Shown here: in pieces, positions 22,380 to 35,283 of the stretch
Layout of the letters: every line of letters starts with the position of its first letter
How positions within the stretch are numbered: the first letter of the stretch is position 1
Assembly: GCA_038087875.1 (NCBI GenBank)
Contig: JAXLNO010000296.1
Span: 1 to 39,278, forward strand
Source: Malacoraja senta
Lineage: Eukaryota
DNA: 39,278 nt
Reading direction: 5' to 3'
Position numbers and translations under genes: made by a program
The notes under the pieces: generated by a model
Database searches by the model: none
What the model was told of the DNA's origin: nothing
Seen by the model: the letters and a program-made list of their open reading frames with translations, nothing else

Positions 22380-23895
22380 TCATAGATTCATAGTCATAGA
22401 GTGATATGGTGTGGAAACAGGCCCTTCGGCCCAACTTGCCCACACCAGCCAACATGTCCCAACTACACTAATCCAACCTGCCTGCGCCTGGTCCATATCA
22501 CTCCAAACCTGTCCTATCCATGTGCTCGTCCAACTACTTCTTAAACGATGGGATAGTCCCAGCCTCAACTACCTCCTCTGGTAGCTTGTTCCATACACCG
22601 ATCGCCCTCTGTGTGAAAAAATTACCCCTCGGATTCCTAATAAATCTTTTACCCTTGAACTTATATCCTCTGGTCCCCTACTCTGGGCAAAAGACTCGGT
22701 GCATCTACCCGATCTATTCCTTTCATGATTTTGTACACCTCTAAAGATCACCCCTCATCCTCCTACGCTCCAAGGAATAGAGACCCAGCCTAAGCCTCTC
22801 CCTATAGCTCACACCCTCTAGTCCTGGCAACATCCTCAAACATCTTTTCTGAACCCTTTCAAGCTTGACAATATCTTTCCTATAGCATGGTGCCCAGAAC
22901 TGAACACAATATTCTAAATGTGGTCTCACCAAGGTCTCATACAACTGCAACATGACCTCCCAACTTCTATACTCAATACTCTGACTGATGGAGGCCAATG
23001 TGCCAAAAACCTCTTTCACCACCTTATCTACCTGCAACTCGACCTTCAAGGAACCATGAACCTGCACTCCTAGATCCCTCTGCTCTACAACACTCCCTAG
23101 AGGCCTACCATTTACCAAAGAACCTATAGCAAGCAAGATAGTGCACTCCTGCTAAAACCAATGGGCTGACGGGTAGTACGCTACGGAGCGGAAAGTCAGC
23201 CTTTTCGTCAGTCATTTCAGTAAACCCGACCCGACTTTGTATATCCCTCTCGCAGTGTAATCAGCGTTGCATGGGAACAGTTTGTGTGTGTGATATAGTG
23301 TTAGACCCATTATTCATAATTCTTCTACTTTTTGTTAATTATTAATATGTCAATAAATTATAATTCTGTTCATTTTCTTTTTTTAATGGGTTTTTTTTAT
23401 TTTATTTTTTTAAGTTTAAAAAAAAATCTATTTTTAAATGACTCATGTGCTGTGTTTGAGTTGATGTTTTTATTACACTTGCACTCTGTAATTCATTTGA
23501 TCACACTGTTCACAAGATGTAGACGCCTTGGCCAAAGCAAAGATAGGAGTGCGGAAACGGAAGCCGGTTACGGAAATGGGGTCGAAGATTACCCATGAAT
23601 CTGCCCATGACCGTACTACGTCTTTTTTGTCGAGTGCACTATCTTGCTTTGCTATAGGATCTTTGCCATTTACTGTGTAGGTCCTTCCCTTGTTAGATGT
23701 CCCAAAATGCAACACCTCATACTTCACTGTATTAAATTCCATCAACCATTCCTCAGCCCACCTGGCCAATCGATCCAGATCCTGCTGCAATCTTTCATAA
23801 CCATCTTTACTATCTGCAAAACCACTCACTTTTGTATCATCAGCAAACTTGCTAATCTTGCCCTGTATGTTCCCATCCAAATCATTGATATAGAA
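22380..23895 (-). mobile_element. CR1-clade LINE 3' portion, split by the TIR element at 23116-23665
   Basis: YINDLD...ISKFADDTKV (ORF 23473-23913) continues as VNGRPLGSVVEQRDLGV...LVRPHLEYCVQFWAP (ORF 22741-23136). (ctatga)-type tail at ~22380-22400. Confidence 0.93.
23116..23665. mobile_element. Non-autonomous TIR DNA transposon, P-element-like (hAT not excluded), 550 bp
   Basis: ~33-bp TIRs CAAAGAACCTATAGC-AAGCAAGATAGTGCACTC / GAGTGCACTATCTTGCTTTGCTATAGGATCTTTG and a perfect 8-bp TSD ccatttac (23108-23115 and 23666-23673). Splits a CR1 ORF2. Confidence 0.9.
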
Positions 23896-26800
23896 AGGAA
23901 AGAGAACCTTCAAGAAGGATCTCGACCCAAAACATCACCTATTTCTCCAAAGATGCTGCTTGACCCGCTGAGATACTCCAACATGGTGTGTCTATCTTGA
24001 ATAATCAACTGCAAGATTTCATGAGTAAACACACAGTTGTGGGTTGCCACGAATATGGTCATCAAGCTGATTTCTCAAAAAACGGTTACTTACCTTACAC
24101 CTTAAAAATGTTTACAATCATTTCCTAAAAGCACACTTAACCCTTGATGAATTACCTTGGTAATGAAAAAGCAATGCACATCTAGACATCAGTGACCTTT
24201 ATAGAATAAACATTTTTGAAAAGTTAGGGAGATTATTTACTAGTCTACAAACACTTAAACTAATAGTTTCAAAATCACTTAAATGAGGAAGAAATGTTAC
24301 CATATGTAGTTTCCCTGTAGTTTTATAAATTTACTCACCCAAAGAGCTAAAGATTGATTTCCTTCCAGAAAATTAAGATTATCTTTATGGCCATTAGATT
24401 ATTAATGAATTAAGCTGTTAACAAAGATAACAATGATTGGAACAAGTGGGCTGCAGCTGTACTTTTCTATGTTCAAAGTTCATTTTTCAGACATTTACCA
24501 AGAAATATTGAAAACAATGTTAAAAATGAAAAACATTCAAATTGTTTTCTGAGAGAAAAATCAATATATTATCGTCACAAATAATTTTCAAGATCAACCT
24601 GTCTTGTGATGAACTATTGCAATATTATTCATAAAATAAAAAATAATTTCTATGTGAACACTCCTTTCTATTCCCCACGTCCTGCAAAAGGTAATATCAA
24701 TCCCATAGGAAAGGAATATTTGAAATTGTGTAGTTTAACACAAGCAAAATGAAAAACAATCAGAAATTGCTGTGATGCAAAAATCAAACTGGCTGAACTA
24801 GCAAATTGATTAAAAAATTAAACACAGCAACAATGCATCATTAAAATTCTGCCAACAACATTAAACAAGAAATTTTATGGTTGCTTTGGATTTTCAATTA
24901 CACTTAAGAGCTTCAAAATAACAATGCATCTCTCAATTCATTGGGAAGATTTCATCCCCTTGGTACCTATTTAGAAAAGTACTAATAATTTTCAAAATCT
25001 CCACGTTCTTTTTTCTGCATAATGACAATCCATTGTACCTTCCTTGAGCAAGTGACTATTATATCACTACCATAAAATTCTACCATGTTAACAGCCTTTA
25101 AGTGGGAAACCAACTCATTGTACCAGGCATTTTTAAGGGTATTACCTTAAAATCCCTTATTTTATAGCTCATAATTAGGAAAAAGTATAGAATCTTAATG
25201 AACATAAAGTGTGTCTGGAACTAGAATTATGGAGAGGCAGGGCTCAAATACTCTGGTTGGGCAGAGCAACTTTGTATTATGTCAGTCACCAACTTCCTCA
25301 CTGAATGTACAAGACTTGACATCTATGGGACTTATGTGCTACAATGCTGAGAACTATATTCTGCACTCAGTATCTTTCCCTTTGCTCCATCTATTGGTAC
25401 TTGAGTTTGACGAGTATATTTATGTATGGTATATCTAATCAGTTTGGATAGCATGCAAAATAGAGTGTTCACTGTACCTTGGTACATATGACAATAATAA
25501 ACCTAAAATTAAACATTGCACTATTGTCTCAGATAAAGCAATTGCTTGGAATTGAAAGCAATCTTTATTGACTGTTATAAGTCCCATTTATCACAGTGTT
25601 TTTAAAGTACTTTGGCTAATTCAGTTAATAGTTTTTCAATAATATCAATACTGAAATGAATGACAACAGGGAAAACTGTTGTTTATGTCCTGGTTAATGT
25701 TTTATTCTTGAATTTGACATCTGAACAAATGTTGTTGAATTAAACTGATCATTATGGATGCCACAGTCTGATCTCTGATCATACAATAATCATTTTAATC
25801 CCGTCCCTCGACCTATTGATAATCACAGTTCACTGAATGCCAATTATTCCATTGTTTTCCTCAAAATACATTTGCCCCAGTTTTGCTGTAATTAATCTTT
25901 CTGATGTTATACCAAACTTTAGATGGTCAATATTTATGAAGGTAACTATTATCATGAATTTCCTACATCACAGTATATCAGTACATTACAATGTAGGCAC
26001 ATTTACAATGAATATGTTCTCCTAATTTCGACCATCTGCCTGCACACTTTTCTTTATTATCACTAAAAGATCTACTGTCTTCCTTAAATAGTAATTAATA
26101 GTAATGTTAATCAGCTTCATAAATTGTAGACTAATATAATAATTTAACAATGAGAATTTTTTTATGTAACAATTTGACTTCAACAATTATACTAAATGAC
26201 TTTACATTACTAAGATATTACAAGCCACTAGTCTGTTTCTTGTACCTTTATTTCTTAATGAATTCCCTAATTAATTTAATGCACACTTTATGCATAATTT
26301 GAAATTTAAAAATGTCAGTGGGTCAAATTTTACCATCCTCTTTTACATGCTAACTGTTACTACAAGACACATATTAGAAAAAACATGACCTCTATGCAAA
26401 TTACACCGATCCACTGTTGTTATTTTAATTCTAGACACTGATTAGCATGTTCCTAAGCTCTCTGTGATGGAATTAATCACACAACTATTGAACATCCTTG
26501 TGTGATCTTATAACATATTAAGAAAGCTGCATTAAAACTGGTCTTTACAATACACTTTATTAAAAAATATGAAAAATAAACCATTTTGCATATACCCAGA
26601 TACGGAGAATTACTTCTCATTTATTAACAGCATATAATTCACAGGGTAAAATACATTTGCAGCAGTGAATTCTTGATATGCATGATGTTGCTCACTTCAA
26701 ATCAAACTATAAACCAGACTTGTGTTAAATCTAATAAGAACTGTGAAACACAATTGAATCTTTGTATAATGAGTCTGTTGGTTACATATTTATGATTGAT

Positions 26801-27728
26801 GTTCCACAAATGACAGAGATTTTTTTTGAGAATCAGTCTCCAACAGCAACTAGTGTTAACTCTTGGTGTGCCAAAAATTAGATTTTAGCGTATTCTCATA
26901 AAATGTAACATCAATTTAGTGATCCTAACTTGGATGGTACAGGTAATATTTTTGCACCACTTCAGTTTCTGCATATTATATATATGTGACCATTTTTATA
27001 CTTTTATCATTATAACTTCAATGTTTTACTTTACTACATCCATTCATTGGGACGTTAAAGAACATGGAACAAAACTACATTTTAAAAAATGCCAGTGACA
27101 TTAAGCAAGGGTTAAAGGATAAAAGCCAGAAACTCTATAAAGAATGGTTCCATGCAAATCATACGGAAACCAAACGAATGGTAACTGCAAGCACTTACAG
27201 GTCATTAATGGTATTCTTCGACTTTTGTGGATGGTAACTGGATACTTTGACATTTATCTGACAGAATTGAATCATACAAACCTTTAAATCCTGTGTCTTT
27301 ATTCTGTCAATGTGAATGAATTAAGAATTATTCATAGTCCATCTTTACAAAGAAGCTGATGGGAATTAGTTAACTCTTTATTATTTAAGTTGATGCTGTC
27401 AGTTTCTTACAAACCGTTATGTCATGGTTCCTATTGTAAAGCAGCTTCTTGTTTGATCCTAAGACAACCATTTTACAAGTGCTAATTTAGAGCTAAGGCT
27501 GACTTTCTGTTTTTAAATTACTGCCTTTTCTTCATTGAGATAGCAAGGACAATAATTCCATAATTCACACTGAGCTACAACTTAAATCCAATTTTAAATT
27601 ACCATATCATTCCTCTGCACCATGTGATAAGATGGAATCACCATAAATACTAAAGCCCCACAAACAAAAAAAGTCCTATTACATGGAAAAACCAATCAAA
27701 GTGAATAATATATTCAAGTTTCATAAAT

Positions 27729-27734
27729 TTTATT
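27729..27734 (-). terminator. Candidate polyadenylation signal AATAAA with downstream GU/U-rich element
   Basis: Plus-strand tttatt. On the minus strand it is followed within about 30-70 nt by ctttgattggtttttcc...tttttttgtttgtggg. Lies about 340 nt downstream of the TAG at 28074. Confidence 0.3.
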
Positions 27735-28090
27735 CATTCTTTCGCAACAAAATGAACAAGTTTTTCAACTTTGCATCACTGACTAATAAAAAGTGCAAAT
27801 ATCCATGTCATGATTCCATTTAAGAAACATAACCTTTTAAATAACATTTCAATGACACACTTTAAAAAATGTACAGAACTCAATTTGTAGTTCTCCTTGT
27901 AGCAAGCACAACTACTTCATATCTTGAGTCCGATTATATTTTTGTTTCTGAAAATACGGTAAAAGGTTTTTGTTAATTGGACATCTGGATTCAATCAAAC
28001 CCATTTATTTTCATTGTGATTTACTCAATATCCTTTTGAATATTATGGCTCAGTATAATTATAAAATACAATGCTAAAAGCATGCCATAC

Positions 28091-28204
28091 CTTCTGAAGG
28101 TCGTGAGAAGACAAAGGGTTCATCTGTAGAGAAGCAGGATATATGTGAGGCTTCAACATTCTGCTTCTTTTTGTTGGGAATGTTATCACCTTGAAGTTCA
28201 TTAT
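28091..28204 (-). CDS. Putative coding exon of an unidentified gene (DNELQGDNIPNKKKQNVEASHISCFSTDEPFVFSRPSE); may read through to TAG at 28076-28074 as a terminal exon
   Basis: Acceptor catttttaactttctag| at 28205, open 114-nt phase 1-1 frame, donor GAAG|GTATGG at 28090. Non-repetitive context. No protein family recognised. Confidence 0.4.
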
Positions 28205-29444
28205 CTAGAAAGTTAAAAATGTAATTCTCGCTCTTCCACATTTCACACATAAACATTCAATACAAAAGTAATATTTCAAGAATTCATGCCCAATAAACCT
28301 TCTGTAAAAATTATTGCAACATTTACCGAAAACTATCCTAAACTTATTCCCACACCAGATTTCAATATGTATGCTAAATTAGAGGCATATGATTCTCTTT
28401 ATGTTGGTTTTCAGAGCTTTGTTGACAATTTTGTAGTTTAAGTACATAGAAAATATGAAACAAATGCATAAAACACAGTTTAAATGTTAATGAAAATATA
28501 TATAAATGTAAAATGTGAAGGACATAGAAGAAAGATGGATTGCCAACAAACTATTAATGTATTGGTATTTTCAAACTTGTAAACAGGATATCTGCAGATT
28601 GGTGACATTCAATACTCAAATTGATTTTGCAAGCTTTTTATTAAGTAGATTATTCATTAAAATTTTGCATAAAAACTTAAGGAGGACGATTCTACATTTT
28701 ATTTTCAGAATTTATAGCGCCCAATGGAAAAGGGAGTTTGCAGAGATAAATGCAATGTATGAATTAACATTAATTTCTAATTTCAAACAATGCTCTGGAG
28801 AAATGTTAGTGGCTCGAGCATGAAATCTCAAGAGAACCCTGTTTGGCTGTTGCTCGAAGAGGGATTTTAAGAAGATTCATATTAACATAGGCAAAAAGGG
28901 TTAGTACTAATGTTATGACAAGAATCACATGTACGACTGGATCGATCCTGCCAATGGGCACTATCCGTACAGAGTTTGTACCTTCTCACTGCGTGCGTGG
29001 GTTTCCTCCCACATTCCAAAGAAGTGCAGGTTTGTAGGGTTAATTGGGCTCTGTAAAATTTCCCCTGGAGTGTAGGATGCAAAACTGGGATAACAAAAGT
29101 ACTGTAGTGTTTAGGTGATCGTTGGTCAGCGCGGACTGGCTGTAACTCTAAACTCTACTGACAGCAGAAAGGAATAAAGGAAGCTTACTCTGTTTAGACA
29201 ACTTGCACATCAAAAGAAATTGTGACCCAGAAACACAAGTTTGCAAATAACAGTGATATTCATTTCTCCTGTTAATGCCTACCACACCCATATAGAAACC
29301 ACCCACACCCATGCTGTTAATCCTACAAACCCGACCTAAATGAGATGAACGAAAAGTTAAAGTTATGAGAATCCTTTTACAACAGTCGTCAACACTGTCC
29401 CAAACACCACAAATAGAAATACATACCCTCCTGAATGAGTAGCA

Positions 29445-29770
29445 TAGATACATAGATACATAGAAAATAGGTACAGGAGTAGGCCATTCGGCCCTTCGAG
29501 CCTGCATCGCCATTCAATATGATCATGGCTGATCATCCAACTCAGTATCCCGTACCTGCCTTCTCTCCATACCCCCTGATCCCTTTAGCCACAAGGGCCA
29601 CATCTAACTCCCTCTTAAATATAGCCAATGAACTGGCCTCAACTACCCTCTGTGGCAGAGAGTTCCAGAGATTCACCACTCTCTGTGTGAAGAATGTTTT
29701 TCTCATCTCGGTCTTAAAGGATTTCCCCCTTATCCTTAAGCTGTGAGCCCTTGTCCTGGACTTCCCCAAC
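29445..29770 (-). mobile_element. CR1 3' end, well preserved; a related fragment at 31650-31885
   Basis: SRTRAHSLRIRGKSFKTEMRKTFFTQRVVNLWNSLPQRVVEA and a (tctatgta)n tail. Confidence 0.9.
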
Positions 29771-32700
29771 AGCTTGTGCTGTCAGGGCATAGCACATGAA
29801 GCAAGCTGCTTGGTCATCTTTCAGGCCTTTATTATGTATTTCTTTTGATTCTTTCTCTTTACATCCTTTTAAAACACTCTTTGATTTTAGTTTAGTTTAG
29901 TTTAGAGATACATCGCGAAAACAGACCTTTCAGCCCACAGAGTCCGCGATGACCAGCGATCCCCGCACACTAACATTATCCTATACACAAGGGGCAATTT
30001 ACAATTTTACCAAATTCAATTATCCTACAAACCTGTGTCTTTGGAGTGTGGGAGGAATCTGTAGCACCCGGAGAAAAACCACACAGGTCACAAGGAGAAC
30101 GTACAAACTTTGTACAGACAGCACCCGTAGTCAGGATCGAACCCGGGTCTCTGACGCTGTAAGGTAGCAACTCTACCGCTGTACCACTGTGCTGCCCATT
30201 TACTTGCTGTATTTTGTATATTTGCTTTCCGAATTTTCTTCTGAATTTCAAGGACGGCAGTGGAGCAGCTGGTAAAGCTGCAACCTGACAGTGCCAGTGC
30301 AGGTTTGTACGTTAATTGGCCCCTGCAAACTGCCCCTTGTGTGCAGGGAGTGGGTGAGAAAGTGGGATAACATAGAACTATTGTGAATGGGTGATCAATG
30401 GCTGGCATGGACGGTGGGCAGGAGGGCCTGTTTCCATGCTGTATCTCTTATCTATTCCCTACTGCATTTTACGCAGTAATAAGCTTTAAATGTCTCACAT
30501 AAGCTTCCTTTTTATTTGTCTTATCTACCCAACTAATTATTGAAGGTGGACTCTAGTTTTGGCAACTTGCTCAGACAAGAACATCCCAATTAAAAGGAAC
30601 ATGTTACTTGTGCAGCACAGCGAGACAGTTAGTACAGCTGCTGTCTCACAGCTCCAGTGACCCTGGTTCACCACTGATCTGCAGTCTTGTCCTCTGGGTG
30701 CTCCACTTTCCTCCTAAAGTTATGTGAGTTGATACTTTAGAAACGTAGAAACAAGGAACTGCAGTTGCTGGTTTAGAAAAGAAGACACAAAGCGCTGGAA
30801 TAACTCAGCAGATCATGCAGTCTCTCCAGAGACTGTTTCAGGTCAGGACCCTTCTTCAGACTCAATTCAGACTCGCCTTCAATAACTGGTTGAATAGAGG
30901 GTAAGAGAAAAAAAAGGAAACATGTGTGAGACAATTAAAGCTTATTACTGCATAAAATGCAGTTGAGAATAGCTTAGTATAGTTTAGAGTTCAGAGATAC
31001 AGCATGGAAACAGGCAATGCTTCAGGTCAGGTTTGAAGAAGGTCAGGTCTTAGGTTTGAAGAAGGTTCCCAACCAGAAACGTCACCTATCCGTGTTCTCA
31101 AGCGATGCTGCCTGACCCACTGAGTTACTCCAGCACTTTGTGTCTTCTTGAGTCAGTTTAATTGGCCACTATGAATCGCCCACGGTAGATGTAGGTACAT
31201 GGTAGAAACATGCAAAGTTTGTGGAACGATGGAGAGAATAAAATGGCATCGGTGTCAGATTAAATGGGTGCTTGATGGACAGTTTGGACTGAATGGGATG
31301 AAGGGTTTGTTTCCTTGCTGTATGACTATAGGTTTATCAGCTTTTTAATAATTACATGGTGAGACTAGGAGCTGCAGATGCTGGAATCTTGAGTTACAGA
31401 GTGCTGGAGGAACGCAGCAAGTCAGGCACAATCTGTGGAGGGAAACGGATAGTCGATGTTTCAGGTCGAGTCCCTTTTTTATGGTACCGCGAAAATAGCT
31501 GCAGCTCATGTGGTTCATGTCTCTCATTTAATGGAGTATGTGTAACAAAGACAAAGCACAGGGATGAGGCATAGCGATTGACGGGATACTGTTAAAATAT
31601 ATTTCACAAAGTAGAAAAGAAACAAAGAATTGAGAATTGGTCACATTGGTCATAAACAGCTCCAACTTGTCCCCGCCGACAAACTTGCCCCATCCACACT
31701 AGTCTCTGCCTGCATTTGGCCCATATCCCTCTAAATTTATCCTATCCATGTACCTGCCTAAATGTTTCTTAAATGTTGTGATAGTATCTGCCTCAACTAC
31801 CTCCTCTGGCAGCTCGTTTCATATACTTACCAGCCTTTGTGTAAAAAAGTTGTCCCTCAGGTTCCCATTAAATCTTTTCCCCCCATACCTGTTTAACAAG
31901 AGCGAATGCATGACCATGCATTGCTGTGTTAGATCAATCAAAATAATGTGCTTCTGTTTGGCCTGAAGAAAGTCAGTGATTCTTTTTGATGCATCGTTAA
32001 TTTGATCCTATTGACCAATTAGCTGCTTCCCCTGCAACCTGTCAGTCCCTGAATCCTGCTGTCATTACTGGCGCTTGCCTCTGGATTCCATTATTAAAGA
32101 TACAGTGTGGAAACAGGCCCTTCAGCCTACCGAGTCCACGCCAACCAGCGATCACCTGTGCACCAGTTCTATCCTTCACACTAGGGACAAATTACAGAAG
32201 CCAATTAACCTACAAACCTGCACATCTTTGAAATGTGGGAGAAAACCGGAGCACCCATATCAACAATCTACAAATTCTGTACAGGCACCATCCGTAGTCA
32301 GGAATGAACCCGGGTCTCCGATGCTGTGACGCAGCAACTCTAACGCTGCGCCACTGTGCTGTTGTGGGGATAGTAGCCCTCAAAGTTTTGTATGGAGGAA
32401 GGAATAGCAATGGAGCTAAACTGGCATGGAGATATACAAAGAGAATAAGAGATGAGAAGGATACGATTTTCCGACATTGTAACAAAACTGCTAGCACTGA
32501 CCAGCTCAACAGCCTGCCCTCTATTTTATGAAACACTTGTTTAGTTTAGTTTAGAGATACAGCAAGGAAACTTCGGCCCACTAATCCACGCAGTCACAGG
32601 GAGAACGTGCAAATTCCACATAAGCAGCAACCGAGATCAGGATCAAAACCAGGTCTCTTGCGCTGTGAGGCAGCAACTCTACTAGCTTCACCACTGTGCG

Positions 32701-34409
32701 GACAAATTCTACTAATTATTAACTGCTTCGTGATCTCATGGTTGCATGAGAGAATCGGAAGGCTTCAATAATTTCCTTTCGCAGACTATGCTTGGAATGT
32801 ATCCCTCACCTTTGACAGCTGAAGTTTCCTTTGTGATGAGCTTACACAATTAGCACACCACCAACATTGACCATACCTAGTGCCCATTCTACTCTCATCT
32901 TCAAATGACATCCAACCATGAAGGACGATCAAAGCACCCACCCACTGTCTGCCAGTATATATATTATAAAGAAAAGTCTCCACCCCACTTTCCATATGTT
33001 GAAGAAAATATTACAAGTAACAGAAAATCAAATCATCTATATTGGTCTATGCTAGAACTAAGATAGCAAATCATTTTCTTGGATCAATGTAAATAGGAGC
33101 AAAAGTGTAATTAGTGAGGCAGGTCCAAAATCACAGCTTCTTTATTTACTGCTCCTTTCATGTAAATCTGAGTGTATCGTGCTTCAAACGCTTGTTTGAA
33201 ATACTCCTGAGATGATATTGCCCAAGCTGGCAACATCATAAGCCCATATATTTCAAAGATTCCCTTCTGCGAACTCTATGCCATCGCGTAAAGGTACAAA
33301 GATCTCTGATCAAAGGATGCAACTTCAATCCACAATTCTTTGGCTTTTTTTTTAGTTCTTCAAGATTCTTGTATTTATTCTGTACTGTAGAATGCCACGT
33401 TTTATTAAATGATGCAGAAGTGAATACATACTCAGCTATAATTAGTCCTGAGGCAATCGTTTTCAAACAAGCCAAGAAAAGGCTATGAACTAAATTTATA
33501 TGAAGGTCATTGAACTGTTATGTGATTTTCAATGTTAATATGGTTGATAAACTTTAAATGATTTAACATGAATATTTTAAGTGGTCTAAAAAAAATGTGT
33601 GCTTTTACTTTGCAGATTATTAACTGTATTCCCTTGCATACATCATTCTCTTGCAAGCAGGTCAGAGCACCCCAGCCTCTTCGGGTAGTGTTTCATTTGA
33701 GGTGACTCCTCCCATTACACTGCCACCTTGAGGAGAAACTCATTTTTACAGGCATTTCTCCAGGACCCACCTTTTGAATGAAGAGGTGGAATTATTTTAG
33801 CCGTAGGGTGGTGAATCTGTGGAATTCATTGCCACAGACGGCTGTGGGGTATTTTTAAAGCGGAGATAGATAAGTTCTTGATTAGCAAGGGCATCAAAGG
33901 TTACGGGTAGAAGGCAGAACGAGATAAAATGTAGTAAATATGAACTGCAGATGCCAGTTTATACCAAAGATGGACATAAAATGCTGGAGTAACTCAGCAG
34001 GTCAGGCAGCACCTCTGGAGAACATGGATAGGTGATGTTTCAGGTCAGAACCCATCTTCCTGAAAGGAAGTTAATTGACTTATTGCAAACTGTCGTACAA
34101 GCAAAATCACACTCTCCCATTTTTTTATTCAACATCAGCCTTGGTTCAATCTTGTCCATAAGCTATATGAATCTATACTCTTTGCAGTCATTCATTGGGT
34201 ATTTTTAAAGCGGAGATTGATAGGTTCTTGATTGGTAAGGGCACCAAAGGGTACAGTGAGAGATAGGAGAATGGGGTTGAGACGGAAAAATAGATCAGCC
34301 ATGATTGAATGGCAGAGTAGACTCGATGGACCAAATGGTCTAATTCTACTCCTGAATTATGTCTTATGTCTTAGATTCACAGAGCTTGCTATATACTTGA
34401 TGAAAAGAG

Positions 34410-35283
34410 ATAATAATAATAATAACTTTATTTATAGAGCACTTTAAAACAACCGCAGTTGCAACAAAGTGCTGTACATGATTAATCATGGACAAGAAAT
34501 TATTACATAACAATAAAAGCATTAAACAAAAGAGTAAAAACAATAAAATTAAAAACATTAAAAGCACTGAAAAACAGGAGCAAAGTCTCAAGCAGTGTCA
34601 AAAGCCAAGGAATATAAATGTGTTTTAATACTGGTTTTGAAGATGGACAGTGAGGGGGCCTGTCTGATGTGCAACGGCAGGGTGTTCCAGAGTGCCGGAG
34701 CAGCAACAGAGAAGGCTCTATCCCCTCTGAGCTTCCGCTTAGACCTTGGTACCTCCAGGAGCAGCTGATCAGCTGACCTGAGGCACCGGGCAGGAGCGTA
34801 TGGGTGGAGTAGTTCAGAGAGGTAAGGCGGGGCGAGCCCATTTAGAGATTTAAAAGCAAATAAAAGAATTTTAAAATGAACTCGAAAGTGCACCGGGAGC
34901 CAGTTGGAGGAGGCCAGAATTGGCGTTATGTGCTCCCTCTTTCGAGTTCCAGTTAAAAGGCGAGCAGCAGCATTTTGAACCAACTGGAGACGAGCCAGTG
35001 AAGATCGTGCAACTCCAAAATAGAGTGCGTTACAGTAATCCAGCCTAGATGTAATAAAGGCATGGATTACTGTTTCAAAATGCTGCCGCTCGAGAATGGG
35101 CTTCACCTTTGCCAGCTTCCTTAGGTGAAAGAAGCTGGACTTAACCACCGCGCCTATTTGATGATCTAATTTAAAATCACTGTCCATCCTAAAACCTAGG
35201 TTCAAAACTGTTGGCTTCACGTAACGTGCCAGTGGACACAAGTCAACAAGGGGAGGTTCACGGCAGCCATTGGGGCCAAACAA
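34410..35283 (-). mobile_element. L2-clade LINE, 5'-truncated, uninterrupted ORF2 C-terminus (34588-35283) plus 3' UTR and (ATT)n tail
   Basis: Motifs HAFITSRLDYCNAL, LQLVQNAAARLLT, HITPILA, GDRAFSVAAPALWNTLP. 3' end tgtacagcactttg...aaagtgctctataaataaagttattattatt. Confidence 0.95.

Noticed and set aside
32786..33475. Minus-strand ORFs and a good donor (AAG|GTGAGG at 32809) as upstream exons of the unidentified gene
   Set aside because: The phase-1 frame needed to join the 28204 exon hits a stop about 14 codons upstream, there is no convincing acceptor and no recognisable homology.
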